Shown: in pieces, positions 26,570 to 37,752 of the stretch
Layout of the letters: each line of letters opens with the position of its first letter
Position numbering within the stretch: position 1 is the first letter of the stretch
Source of the DNA: Lama guanicoe
Lineage: Eukaryota
Direction: 5' to 3'
Length of the DNA: 64,000 nucleotides
NCBI GenBank assembly: GCA_013239625.1
Contig: MU056000.1
Coordinates: forward strand, 8,862,970 to 8,926,969
Translations under genes and position numbers: made by a program
Notes under the pieces: generated by a model
Told to the model about the DNA's origin: nothing
Databases searched by the model: none
The model's input: the letters and a program-made list of their open reading frames with translations, nothing else

Positions 26570-28272
26570 ATGTATAAGTCTGTGTTAACTATCACCAATT
26601 AGGAAAGAAGATATTTTTATCACTTTAGAAAACCTCTCCACAATTTCACAATCCCACCAGCCACGGGGCTCTGGCAAACACTAGCATCACATCGAGGCTG
26701 GATTCTTTCACTCAGCATAATGCCTTTGAGACCCATCCACTTATTTGGGTCTAATAATAACTGATGGCCTGTAAAAAATTTTTTGCAAAGTTTTTGGTAA
26801 TTATTTCTCTTATAGTTCTCGTGCTGTGTTTCTTTCTTCCCCCTTTGGCATTACAAAGATGTTAATGTTACATTTTATTTTATCCTGCATTTCTTAGCTG
26901 ACCTATTGTATGTTTTGGACTCTTTTTTCCTCTTTGCATTTCATTGTGAGTAATTTCCATTGACCTATCTTCAAGGTCACTGATTCTTTCCTTGGCTGCG
27001 TTAACTATGAATGAGCATATGAAGGTATTCCTAATTTTTGCTACTGTGTTTTGATTTCTACCATTTCCTGAAATTATTTCTTATGGTTCCCACGTCTCTC
27101 ATGATATTACTCACCTAATCTTGCAAGTTGTATGCCTTTAATTACTCTAAGTTCCCCGTGTGATAATTTCAATGCTGATGCCATATTGAAATATGGTTCT
27201 GATTATTACTTTATCTCCTCCTAGTGTGCATCTCTTGTCTTTTAGCACGCTTGTAAATTCGTTTTGAAAGCTGGGTATGTTGCAGAGAGCGGCAGGTATC
27301 TTAGTAAAAAGAATTCACTATGGGAGTTATTATTCTATCTAGTACTCGAGCTGTTTCAAACTCCTCTAGTTACCTTGTTTCTAACCTCCTTTCTGGTTTG
27401 GGGGCTTCACTTTCCTTGGGAAAATGTCTACTTCTTGCAACTCTCCTGGCTACTATCTACCGTTATAGTTAATGGAGATTTATTAGTGTGAGTATAGGAC
27501 TTAGGAAGGAAATCCTCTCATCTTCTGATTAAGTCATAGTCTCCAGAGTACACAGTGGACCTGTGTCATGAGGGTGTGACTTTTACAAGTGTTCCCGTGT
27601 TCCTTCAGGGCTGGAGACTTTCCTCTGCCGCTCTGCCCTCTTTCCTGGTGGCTCTCCTGCTATGTTCCTAGTCTGTGTCCTTCAGGCCATCTTTCCTGCA
27701 GATTTTGGCTTTTGGTGCATCCTTCAGTGAGACTGGAGGCTGGGGCTGTACTGAGGTCACGTCCCTTGACTGTAATGGAGTTTCACCACTCCATTTGTTG
27801 ACTTTCTTCTGCTTGCAGATTGGACCTTTTGTTCCATAAGGAAAAGGTTTCTGTGTATTCACGTGTCCTTTCCATGGGCTGTGGGCACTTCCTGTACCAC
27901 AGATGGTGGCACCTTCTGCAGACCCACATTTTGAGAGATTTCTGGGGCAAAGAGCTGCAAAAATGTCCCCATGACTGTGGCGTTCAGTTGCTTCTCATTC
28001 TCACGCCAGTCCATATTCAGCCTCCAGCAATTTGTCAGAATTCCCAATTTAATCCTCCTGATGGCTTATGTGGAGTCCAGTGGCTTCTGCACAGGAAATG
28101 AATGTTTGGATCCTGTATCTCCCTGCAGTGGCCTGAGTGATGGTGGTTGGTCCTGAAACCTCAGGGTTTATGAAAATTCATTAATTTTCAGTCTGCTCAT
28201 CTTTTTCTTCTTGTTTTTGTGGAATGATGGCTTCCTATCTCTTTACATATCTAAGCTGAAACCAGAAGTCTG
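26570..28272 (-). mobile_element. Old L1 (L1MC/L1MD-like): 3' UTR piece plus ORF1/5' UTR
   Basis: attgacctatcttcaaggtcactgattctttcc (antisense ORF1) and the terminal ctctttacatatctaagctgaaaccagaagtc typical of an L1M 5' end. Confidence 0.7.
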
Positions 28273-28457
28273 AAAGACTCATATTTAAATTTATAATCTC
28301 ACTTGCTCAGTAAGTTCCTTGGTATGTTATTTAGTATAATTTATAAAACAGATGTGATCCATGCTTTCATACAGTATAGGGCAAAAATAAATTGAAGAAA
28401 TTATGACATCCTTGCTTACAAACATATGACACATAACACATATTAAAGATACATTGA

Positions 28458-28898
28458 CCAGTCCTTCTCAAACTCTCCCAGAAGATTGAAAAGGAGGGAA
28501 TATTCCCAAACTCATTCTATGAAGCCATCATCACCCTGATATCAAAACCAAGCAAAGACACCATCAAAAAAGAGAATTACAGACCAATATCACTGATGAA
28601 TACAGATGCAAAAATCCTTACCAAAATATTAGCAAATAGAGTCCAACAGCATATAAAAAAGATTATACATCGTGATCAAGTGGGGTTCATCCCAGGGACA
28701 CAAGGGTGTTTCAACATACACAAATCAATCAGTGTAATACATCACATCAACAAGAGAAAGAGCAAAAACCACATGATCATCTCGATAGACACAGAAAAAG
28801 CTTTTGATAAAATTCAACACCAATTTATGATAAAAACTGTCACCAAAGTGAGCATAGAGGGAACATATCTTAAAATCATAAAAGCTATATATGACAGA
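28458..28898 (+). mobile_element. L1 ORF2 internal fragment (Z region to N-terminal reverse transcriptase domain)
   Basis: About 147 uninterrupted codons: PVLLKL...PNSFYEA...[16 protein letters not shown]...DQVGFIPG...[14 protein letters not shown]...IIKAIYD, classic L1 ORF2. Confidence 0.95.
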
Positions 28899-29617
28899 TC
28901 TAAATTCTTAAATGCAAAGTTCTAAAATGGAAAGCATAGCCAAGCAAGAATTCTTGGAGAAAAAACTGGATTGTTGATGACAACACAGGCAGCCTTATTT
29001 ATTTATTTATTTTTTAGCAGTAATCAGCATTTTGGTGAAAACTTATCATCAAAGAAAATAATTGCATACTTATTTTTCCTTAAAATTCACTAAATAATAG
29101 TTTCTTTAGAAGTTTCGGCAACTTTTCAAAAGCCAGTGTCAACTCAGAGACTCTTTGGAAGCGCACTAATTTTCACTGTACTATTTTTGTATATTTTGGT
29201 TATCATTGAATTCTTAATGATTCAGAAAATACTATTTTTTGTTCACATAGATTTAGATTTTCCAACTAGAGAACATTTCCTAAATGGATTTGTTTATTCC
29301 CAACAACATCTTTTGCAGAGATTCACAAGTTCAAGTGGTGAGTTTTCGGCTAGCTGAGTCCCCTTACGTGCCATAGATGTCTGCCTCTGGAATTTTATTC
29401 ACGAAGTTTGGTAATCTGTTTCTGCCAAAGGACAGTGATTGCATTACCAAAAAGAGGACGACACATGCACTCACAAATGACTCTCACTGAAGAAGAAAAC
29501 ACTGATATTTTCCCCAAGGAAAAGAAATAATTCCCTTAAAGTCAAGTAGAATAAAACAGTGCTGAAAAAGTAACTCTACTGTGTCATGCGTGATAATTCT
29601 CTGCCTTGGATGATAGT

Positions 29618-30766
29618 ACTTATGAGCTGAATGTTGCCCCTCCCCCACTGAGATGTGGAAGTTTTAATCCCTAGTACCTCACAAGTGACTGTATTTGGAG
29701 ATCTGGTCTTAAAAATAGTAATTAACATTGCATAAGGTCATCAGGGTGGACCCTAATCCAGTATGATTTGTCTCCTGATAAAAAGAGATTTCAACACAAA
29801 CATACACAGTGGAAGGACATGTGAAGACGGAGAGAAAAGATGGTTGTCTACAAGCCATGGAAAGATGTTCCCAAATAAGTCAACCCTGCCTACATATTTT
29901 TTTTAATTAAAAAAACATTTTAGTGAAGTATAGTTGATTTACAATGTTGATGTACAATGTTAGTTTCAAGCGTATAACAAAGCGATTCAGATATGCATAT
30001 ACATATATATATATATTCCTTTTCAGACTATTTTCCGTTTTAGGTTATTACAAGATTTTGAATATAGTTTTTTGTGCTCTACAGTAGGTTCTTGTTGTTC
30101 ATCTATTTTATATATAGTAGTGTATATCTGTTAATCCCAGACTTCTAATTTATCCCTCCCCCCAACCCCTTTCCCCTTTGGTAACCATAGTTTGTTTTCA
30201 ATGTCTATGAGTCTATTTCTGGTTTGTAAATAAGTTAATTTATATCATTTTATTAGATTCCACATATAAGTAATAGCATATAATATTTGTCTTTGTCTGA
30301 CACACTTCAATTAATATAATAATCTCTAGGTCCATCCATGTTGCTGCAAATGGCATTATTTCATTCTTTTTTATGGCTGAGTCATGTTCCGTTCTACAAT
30401 TTCTTTTTCCATTCATTTGTCAATGAACATTTGGGTTGCTTCCTTCCACGTCTTGGCTATTGTAAATAGTGCTCCTAACAACACTGGTGTGCACGTATCT
30501 TTTTAAGTTAGAGTTTTCTCCAGATATATGCCCAGGAGTGGGACTGCTAGATCATAGGGTAACTCTATTTTTAGTTTTTTAAGGAACTTTCATACTGTTT
30601 TCCATAGTGGCTGCACCAATTTACATTCCACCAATAGTGTAACCCCTGCCTAATCTTGATCTTGTACATTTAACCTCCCAGAACTGTGAGAAAATAAATT
30701 TCTGTTATTTAAGCCACCTGGTCTATGGGACTTGGTTGTAGCAGCCTTAGTAAGTAAGCTAACACA
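29618..30766 (+). mobile_element. MaLR LTR (MLT1A/B), split by an L1
   Basis: gtgactgtatttggagat...ggtggaccctaatccagtatga before the L1, and cccagaactgtgagaaaataaatttctgttatttaagccacc...ctaacaca after it. Confidence 0.85.
29895..30642 (-). mobile_element. Artiodactyl L1 3' end (L1_Art-like), 5'-truncated
   Basis: tgaagtatagttgatttacaatgtt...ccatagtggctgcaccaatttacattcc. Approximate TSD ccctgccta (29884-29892 and 30644-30652). Confidence 0.9.
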
Positions 30767-30799
30767 GATGTTTCGAGATAAGCAGTTTTGGACTACAAC

Positions 30800-30916
30800 A
30801 CAGAATATGAATGAGATCTGTCTAAGTCCTGTGGGAAATGATCAGCAGTCCCATTAATACAGAATATGAATGAGGCCAAGCTAAGTCCTGTGGGAAATAA
30901 TCAGCAGTCCCATTAA
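30800..30916. repeat. 59-bp tandem duplication (2 copies)
   Basis: acagaatatgaatgag...ctaagtcctgtgggaaat.atcagcagtcccattaa starting at 30800 and 30859. Confidence 0.95.
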
Positions 30917-31152
30917 CTTAATTATGAAAATAATTAAGAGCAAACCAAAGTCTAGGAATAAGAAACTATCCTTATAAATACAGAATTGGAAATCTGAATG
31001 AAACCAAGGAATTCATAGCCTGGTGATGAGTGAACTTCAAGAGTCATCTTTTTTTTTTTCACTTTCAAAATTTGTAAACTCTAAATGTTGACATTTAGAA
31101 ACTGTATTAGTTTGGTTGACTATTCCTTTCCCAGGAAGACTATGTTGAAGAG

Positions 31153-31767
31153 TGTGGGAGCCCATGATTGGGCTAACAAATTGTAACAATCCCAGCCACT
31201 TATCTCCTTAAAGAAGATGTGCTTAGTAACTGCCTTGAGGTTTTAGCAATGACCCAGGCCCCCGGGTATAAACGCTGGGCGTGCCTGGTGTTAGTCTTCT
31301 ATCCCCAAAACAGCCTTGGGCTGGAATGGCAAACAACTTATAGAAAGCTGCAGACCCAGAGGTGCGAAGGCTGGGTAGCCAATGACGGGTAAGCCCCCCT
31401 GAGGGGCAACCTGAGACAGGCACAGCCGTCTGAGTCCAGGAAAATCTTGTCAGGCAGCTGATTCTCATACATTCCACCCTGATAAGCTGAAAGGCTCAAC
31501 ACGATTATGATTCACCAAAAAAGGTCTTCTGACCTTGAGCCAAACACCAACAATAAACAAAGCCTTTGTACTCATTGCGATCCCACCCTGTCCTTCCCTA
31601 AATTCCTGCTTCAACTGTGCTCAATAAATAGAGAGATTTGAGAGGCTCGTGGAGTTGGCTCCTGACTCTGTCTGGCTCTCTTGACTTTTCCCTAGAGTCT
31701 TGAGTAATTCATTCTGTCTCGGTGGAACTTCTGCTGGCCAGAACCCACAACTGGTGACGAACCCACA
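31153..31767 (+). mobile_element. Solo LTR with 6-bp TSD (ERV2-class by TSD length; family D)
   Basis: Inverted termini TGTGGG...CCCACA. Perfect TSD GAAGAG (31147-31152 and 31768-31773). TATAAA at 31267-31272, AATAAA at 31623-31628. Confidence 0.9.
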
Positions 31768-32739
31768 GAAGAGCAGTGGAGACAAAAGTGTAGACGGTGG
31801 GTTTCACAAGTTTCTTTTATGCTTATATGTTTAGATGTTGCTCCCAAATCATCCTATACAATTTCGCTGGCATCTAGATATTGTCTCTAGAATCCTTCTG
31901 AGCATAATGTCCCCTGCTGCCAATAGCTATTGGTAAGATTCACTTAATTCAGTCACTAAGGAGATGATCATTTGAAGAATACTGTATGTCAGATGATGCT
32001 ATAGGCAAAGGGGAAGTGGCAGGTGGAAAGGGAGTCAAGCAGGTAACCTGTATCCATCCATTTCTCTTTGCCATAAGGATGCTCAGAGAGAAGGCAGCTG
32101 GCATTCTTATATCATTATAAACGCACTGATAACTGATCTTACGGTTAACAGACTAATAGGATTTGCTAGGAGCCTCTTTATAAAAAAAATTTTTGATAAC
32201 TTATTTCTGTTTTGGCATTGCTCCAACCAACAGATGTAAGACCTATGGGGCATGGAACCCTAAAAATTTTCTCTAAGTTCTAATTATCTAAGTGTAAGAT
32301 GGAGATATTTTGCAACCTAACATGCTGCCTGACATGTAAAGTGGCCATGCCCTGGGACAGAGAACACACACCCCACAGAAAAGTCATGGAGAATCACGTT
32401 CCGTGTCCCAGCCTTCTAAACATTCCCCTGTTTCTTGATTTTTGTAGCTTTGAAATGATGACTGTGCCTTGATACTGGTGCAGCTCCCAATTTCTGACTC
32501 TGATTAGATAAGTCTATGCATTGTGTTAGCTCAGTGATGTACATAACACTAATCCTCACTTTGATGACATTTTGCTCTGGTAGATGAGGAGGGAGCCAAT
32601 CCATCGTTTCTGAATAATGATATGAAGCTGATGAACCGGTGGCCTTTGTGGTCATGCGTGTGAAATGCGCAACAATTAGTTATTTCTTACTGTATACATC
32701 TGCAAATCAGAATGCAGTCTTTTGAGCTACGTTATAATT

Positions 32740-33056
32740 ATAGTGCCTCAATTCCCTCATCTGAAAGTCTTGGGGCAAAGGATGACTTAGAAAGCAGTAT
32801 TTTTCAGATTTTAGAAAAAGGATACCAGGCAGGTGTAACAAATTATTTCACAGAAGCAGTAGATTTGAAAGCAATAACTTCATACTTAAAATTTTTAATA
32901 TTTCTGAAATAAAACATGCAAACTATCACAAGACAGATTATGATATGTTGCTTCTGGTCAGTTCAGATTATACCACCAAATGAGCTAAAAAGTAAAACTC
33001 AGTTTTCAGAGGATTTGGGGTTATATCATTCCAACTAAGGACTTGTACAACTGCAT
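32740..33056. mobile_element. Possible old Tigger-type MITE
   Basis: Ends loosely resemble Tigger inverted repeats (cctcaattccctcatctgaaa... and ...taaggacttgtacaactg). Very degenerate. Confidence 0.35.
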
Positions 33057-33149
33057 TGTCCTTATTATTAACTCTTCATTTTGAAATAAATAATTTTTCA
33101 GAGTTTTTGACTTCTTGTTTTAAATTAAATGGAGAGTTTTTCCTGCCTG

Positions 33150-33915
33150 CTGCAGAGCTGTCACCTGGGGATTTCCTGTATTATATCTGTGTTTGATTAT
33201 GTGCATTGATTCCTGAAGTCCAAGGCTTCATCAACTTTTCTTTTTTTTTTTTTTCAAGTTTCTTAAGTACATGCTCAAGCAAACTTATTTTCAAAATGAA
33301 TATATGGAAAAAACTTTGATGCTCTGGCAAGATCCAAAATATGTTTAAGCTTTGTAGACCTAAATCATAATTTGACTGGATAGGACAGTTCTAGATCCAA
33401 AATCTTCTTTCCTCAGAACTTTGAAGATTATATTCTACTGAGCTTTGAACCCAGTGTTGCTGAAGGCGTCGGTGCTGACCATCTGGATTTTATTTCATCA
33501 CTCCTATCTTAATCTTTCTTTTAGAAGCCCTTGGTGTTGTCTCTGCAACTTTTACTTTTTAAAATTTCAACAAGATGTTCCAAGGTAATAGTCCTTTTTT
33601 TAAAAATTTATCTTGTATCTTATCTGGCAGGGCACCAAATTACAAATAATTTTACCTAGTTTTCAAGTTTGGGGAATTTTTTAAAATTTAATCTTTTGAT
33701 GTCATTCTTCAGCTATGTTTTCTGTTTCCTCTTTCTAATAAAGAGATCTTGTCATCCTGGTTTAATCTTAGGTATTTATTAACATTTTACATATCATTTT
33801 CATTTTTGTCTTTTTTGCTCTGCATTATGGAATGGTATTTAATTTTTGTTTAATTGTAGATTTTTCAAGGTTTTTTTAATGTTGTCTTTATTTTCAAATG
33901 ACCTGTTTATACTAC
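33150..33915 (-). mobile_element. Old L1ME-like fragment
   Basis: taatttgactggatag...ttctagatccaaaatcttctttcctcagaactttgaaga, antisense L1M ORF1-like. Confidence 0.6.
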
Positions 33916-33925
33916 CCTATTATTT

Positions 33926-35091
33926 AAAAATAAAAAAAAATATTGAAAGCTTATTAGGTGTCAAGTATTCTTTGAAATATAACTGACATGTGTGTAAGTT
34001 TAATGTGTACAACCTGTTGGTTTGATATATTTATATTGCAATATGGTTACTGCCATAGCATTAGCTACCACATCTATCACATCACATAATTATCATTTTT
34101 TGTGGTGAAAGCATTTAAGATCTAGTCTCTAAGCAACTTTGAAGCATATGATACAATATTATTAACTATAATCACAGTTATTAGAGCACTAGAAATTTTT
34201 TATCTTCTAACTTCAAATTTATACCCTTTGACCTACATCTCCTCTGTTTCCTCACCCTTTGCCTCTGGTGACCACCATTCTATTTTCTGTTTCTATGAGT
34301 CTGCCCATTTTAGATTTCACCTATAAGAGAGATCACACATAATTGGTTTTTCTCTGTCTGCTTTGTCTCGCTTAGCAAAATGTCCTCCATGTCCATCCAT
34401 ATTGTTGCAATGGCAGGATTTCTTTCTTTCTCATGGCTGAATAATATTCCATTGTGTGTGTGTATCCAAGTCTTGAATCTTTTTTATCTATTTATCTGTT
34501 GACAGAAACTTAGTGCTTTCCATATCTTGACTACTGTGAACAAGGCTGCAATAAACATGGGAGTGCAGATATCTTTTTGATGTCTTGGTTTTATTTCCTT
34601 TGAATATAGACCCAGAAGTCGGATTGCTAGATTATATGGCAGTTCTATTTTTAATTTTTTGGGAAACCTCTATACAGTTTTCCATAGTGACCGCACCAAT
34701 TTGTGTTCCTGCCAACAGTGCTCAAGGCTTCCCTTTCTCCACCTTCTTGCCAACATTTCTATTACTTGTCTTTCTTATGGTGGCCATTCTAACAGGGGTG
34801 AGGTGGTATCTCATTGTGGCTTTGATTTTGCATTTCCTTGATGATTAGCGATGTTGAGCATCTTTCCATGTATCTGTTAGCTGACTGAATGTCTTCTTTG
34901 GAAAAACATTTATTCATTTCCTCTGTCCATTTTTTAATCAAATTGTTTTCTTGCTATTGAATTGCATGAGTTCTGTATATATTTTGGACATTAACCCCTT
35001 CTTATGTATGTGGTTTGCAAGTATTGTCTCCCATTCCATATGTTGCCCTTTCATTTTGTTGATTGTTTCTTTTGCTGTGCAGAAGCTTTAA
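33926..35091 (-). mobile_element. L1MA9-like 3' portion (3' UTR plus ORF2 end)
   Basis: Typical antisense L1 3' sequence (ggggtgaggtggtatctcattgtggctttgattttgcatttcc). TSD cctattattt (33916-33925 and 35092-35101). Confidence 0.9.
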
Positions 35092-35151
35092 CCTATTATT
35101 TTTTTAAGGAGATAAAAATTTTCCACATATCTTTTTGAATATAAATTAAAA

Positions 35152-35638
35152 CTAGACAGTTCCCGATTTACAGTGATTTGATGTAGAGTTTTTCAACTTC
35201 ATGATGGTGCAAAAGCAATACCCTTGGTAGAAACCATACTTCAAATTTTAAATTTTGATTTTTCTCCTGGGCTTGTGATGTGTGGTCTGATACTCTCTTG
35301 TAAGGCTGGGTAGCAGCAGTGAGCCACACCATTCCCATGGTAGACAATTGATACACTTATAACCTTTCTGCTCAGATAAGACTATTCTGTTTTTCACTTT
35401 CAGTATAATATTCAATAAATTATATGTGGTATTAAATACTTTGTTATCAAATAGGTTTTGTATTAGATAATTTTGTACTATAGGCTAGTATAAATGTTCT
35501 GAGCACATTTAACCTAGACAAGGCTAAGATATGATGTTCAGTAGGTTAGGTGTATTAAATGCATTTCAATTAAGGATATTTTTAACTTACTATGGGTTTA
35601 TTGGGAAGTAAACCCATTGTAAGTTGAAGAAGAGCTGT
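35152..35638 (+). mobile_element. Tigger5/MER47-family DNA transposon
   Basis: gtagaaaccatacttc...ttttcactttcagta...aaatgttctgagcacattt...taggttaggtgtattaaatgcattt matches MER47/Tigger5 as recalled. Confidence 0.85.
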
Positions 35639-36086
35639 AATTTGAAAGTTTGCTCCTGATTCCTTAATTATTAGTTTCCTTCAGCATTGATTATGTTGTT
35701 TATTAATTTTGGCTTTCTTTCTTCCATGTGGTGCATTTTATTGCAATGTTTTCTAATTTTTATTCTTTTTTAGGGCTGGTAAAGCCAGTATCTGCTTCCA
35801 GGCATCTCTCAGAATACTCAGGTTCTCATGTACCACATTCAGCTTGTTATATCCTGTCAAGATTCTTCCAGCGATGGCTGGTGACTCCTTATATATGAGT
35901 AAAATTCAAAGACTCACTACAGTAAGAGCAAGGGAACAAGCCACAGTCCTGCACACTGCAGTGGCTCCTGCAGCCACAATTGCTGTCATCACCTTATTCC
36001 TCCACCAGCCATCTGACATTCTCCTAACCCAAGACCAGCACTTCCACTCGATATAGGAGAATATGGGGGGCACAAGAGGATGGCCT

Positions 36087-36582
36087 TGTCTCAGGTCTCA
36101 GATGAGTCTCTGGGATGCACCCTGCCAAGTGAGGGTCCTTGGCTTTGTGCAGGAAAGAATTCAAGGGTAAGCCATTGCTGATTAAAAGTAGATTTATTCA
36201 GAGAGGTGGACACTCCATAGACAGAGTGTAGGCTGCCTCAGAAGGCAGGAGAAAGAGAGCAACTGTTTTTAGATGCTAATAAGTGAGAGGATTATTCCAA
36301 CTACTTTGGGAGAAGGGGTGGGGACTCCCAGGAATTGGGCCACCACCCTCTTTTTGACCTTTCATGGTTAGCTTGGGAGCTGTCATGGCACCTGTGGGTG
36401 TGTCATTTACCACGCTAATATATTACAATGTGTGTAATATAGCTCAAGGTCCACTGGAGGTCAAATCTCCCACTATCTTGGGCCTCCAGGTCTATTGGGA
36501 GATGAATCTTCCGCCATCTTGGTGCTAATTGCTGTGTCATTCCTTTAATGGCTGTGCCTGCCCCCTTCCCTCCTGTCTCTCA
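36087..36582 (-). mobile_element. ERV1 LTR, MER41-like (artiodactyl type)
   Basis: ggtccttggctttgtgcaggaaagaattcaag, minus-strand AATAAA at 36193-36198, ctgtcatggcacctgtgggtgtgtc, cgccatcttgg, ending cctgtctctca. TSD not resolved. Confidence 0.75.
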
Positions 36583-36692
36583 CTGGCCCATGACTTTGCC
36601 CAGTATGGTAACCCCAGCTCTTCTTGTGAATCCTATTGATGTTGCCCTTGTCCGGCCGCAGTTGTTGAAATCCCTCATTTACATTTTTTACC

Positions 36693-37157
36693 TGCTGACT
36701 GAAATAAATGCCCAGCCTAAAAGTTGAGAGTTATGCTTTATTTAGCCGGGATGACAGCCTCTCAGATCGCTCTGAGGAACTGCTCCAAAGAGGTGGGGGA
36801 GGAGCTAGGATATATAGGGGCTTTACAACAAAGACCCAGTAGCTGTAACAATAAAAGCTTACTTGTTATCTAAGGAAAACCAGGCATCTCAAGTTAAAGA
36901 ATTTAGTGCTTTTCTATGTATGGGAGGAAGCAAACATTTGGGCTCATTGAAATCATTCCTTTGACAAGCACCCAGCTATCTAGGGCCAGTATCCTGTCCT
37001 TTCTTACCCTGAGTCCCCTCAAGGTGCACCATTGTGAGTGGCTGCAGAGGCTGGGCTGCAGGCCTGTCCTCACTGGGGGGTGGCGGCAGCTGCTGATGAC
37101 TTGATGGCTTTAGCATTCTTTGTTTACTAATATGGTTCGCAGTATTTTTTGTTCACA
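36693..37157 (-). mobile_element. ERV1-class solo LTR (family B, copy 2)
   Basis: TG...CA termini. Perfect TSD TACC (36689-36692 and 37158-37161). Homologous to 15344-16553 and 38139-38600. Confidence 0.93.
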
Positions 37158-37752
37158 TACCAGCAATGCAATATCCAAGAAGTTCTTGAGTTCCAGACAC
37201 ATTCCTCTTTTTCCTCACTATCAGCAGCGTGTCTGTCACCTTATGATGATCATGATCTGTTATTTCTTCAAGGATATTAATTCCCTCTTTGTTTGGCTTA
37301 CCAGCATGAGGAACCAAAATTTACCAGGCAGTTAACTGTAGTTTTACACTGAGAGGATCCACTCTTACGTTTCCTCATAGAAGCATCTCTCACTTAGGGA
37401 CAGAAATGCCTAAGAGACTAAAATTACAGGGACTGGAAGCACAAATTCCCCCAGTGGATCACTAAATTAACGATGAGAGAAATCATTTGTACTTCCATCC
37501 ATGCCTTGGTTCCCATGGTCATATATTCTACCTATTTGGGACATAGCATTACACAATGCCACTGGAAAAGTATATACAATTACTTAAAAGACAGCACCAC
37601 AATCCTATAGCCTATTCCCCTAAGCTGACTCCCTAAATAACCTTTTAAAAGGCTCTTCCAATGCTTTGTGAGAATGGCAGCTTCTGAATAATGCAAAGAG
37701 CTGCAGTTTGTCATGGCTTTAGCTCTCTGATCTTGGTCATTCTGGATAACGT

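Noticed and set aside
28596..28925. Domesticated or novel reverse-transcriptase gene
   Set aside because: A plain L1 ORF2 fragment that stops before the catalytic YADD region and is preceded by an in-frame stop at 28455-28457. No splice or promoter evidence.
30800..30916. CRISPR-like repeat-spacer array (also considered for 55120-55175)
   Set aside because: Only two adjacent units, no unique spacers, no cas genes, and the DNA is mammalian.
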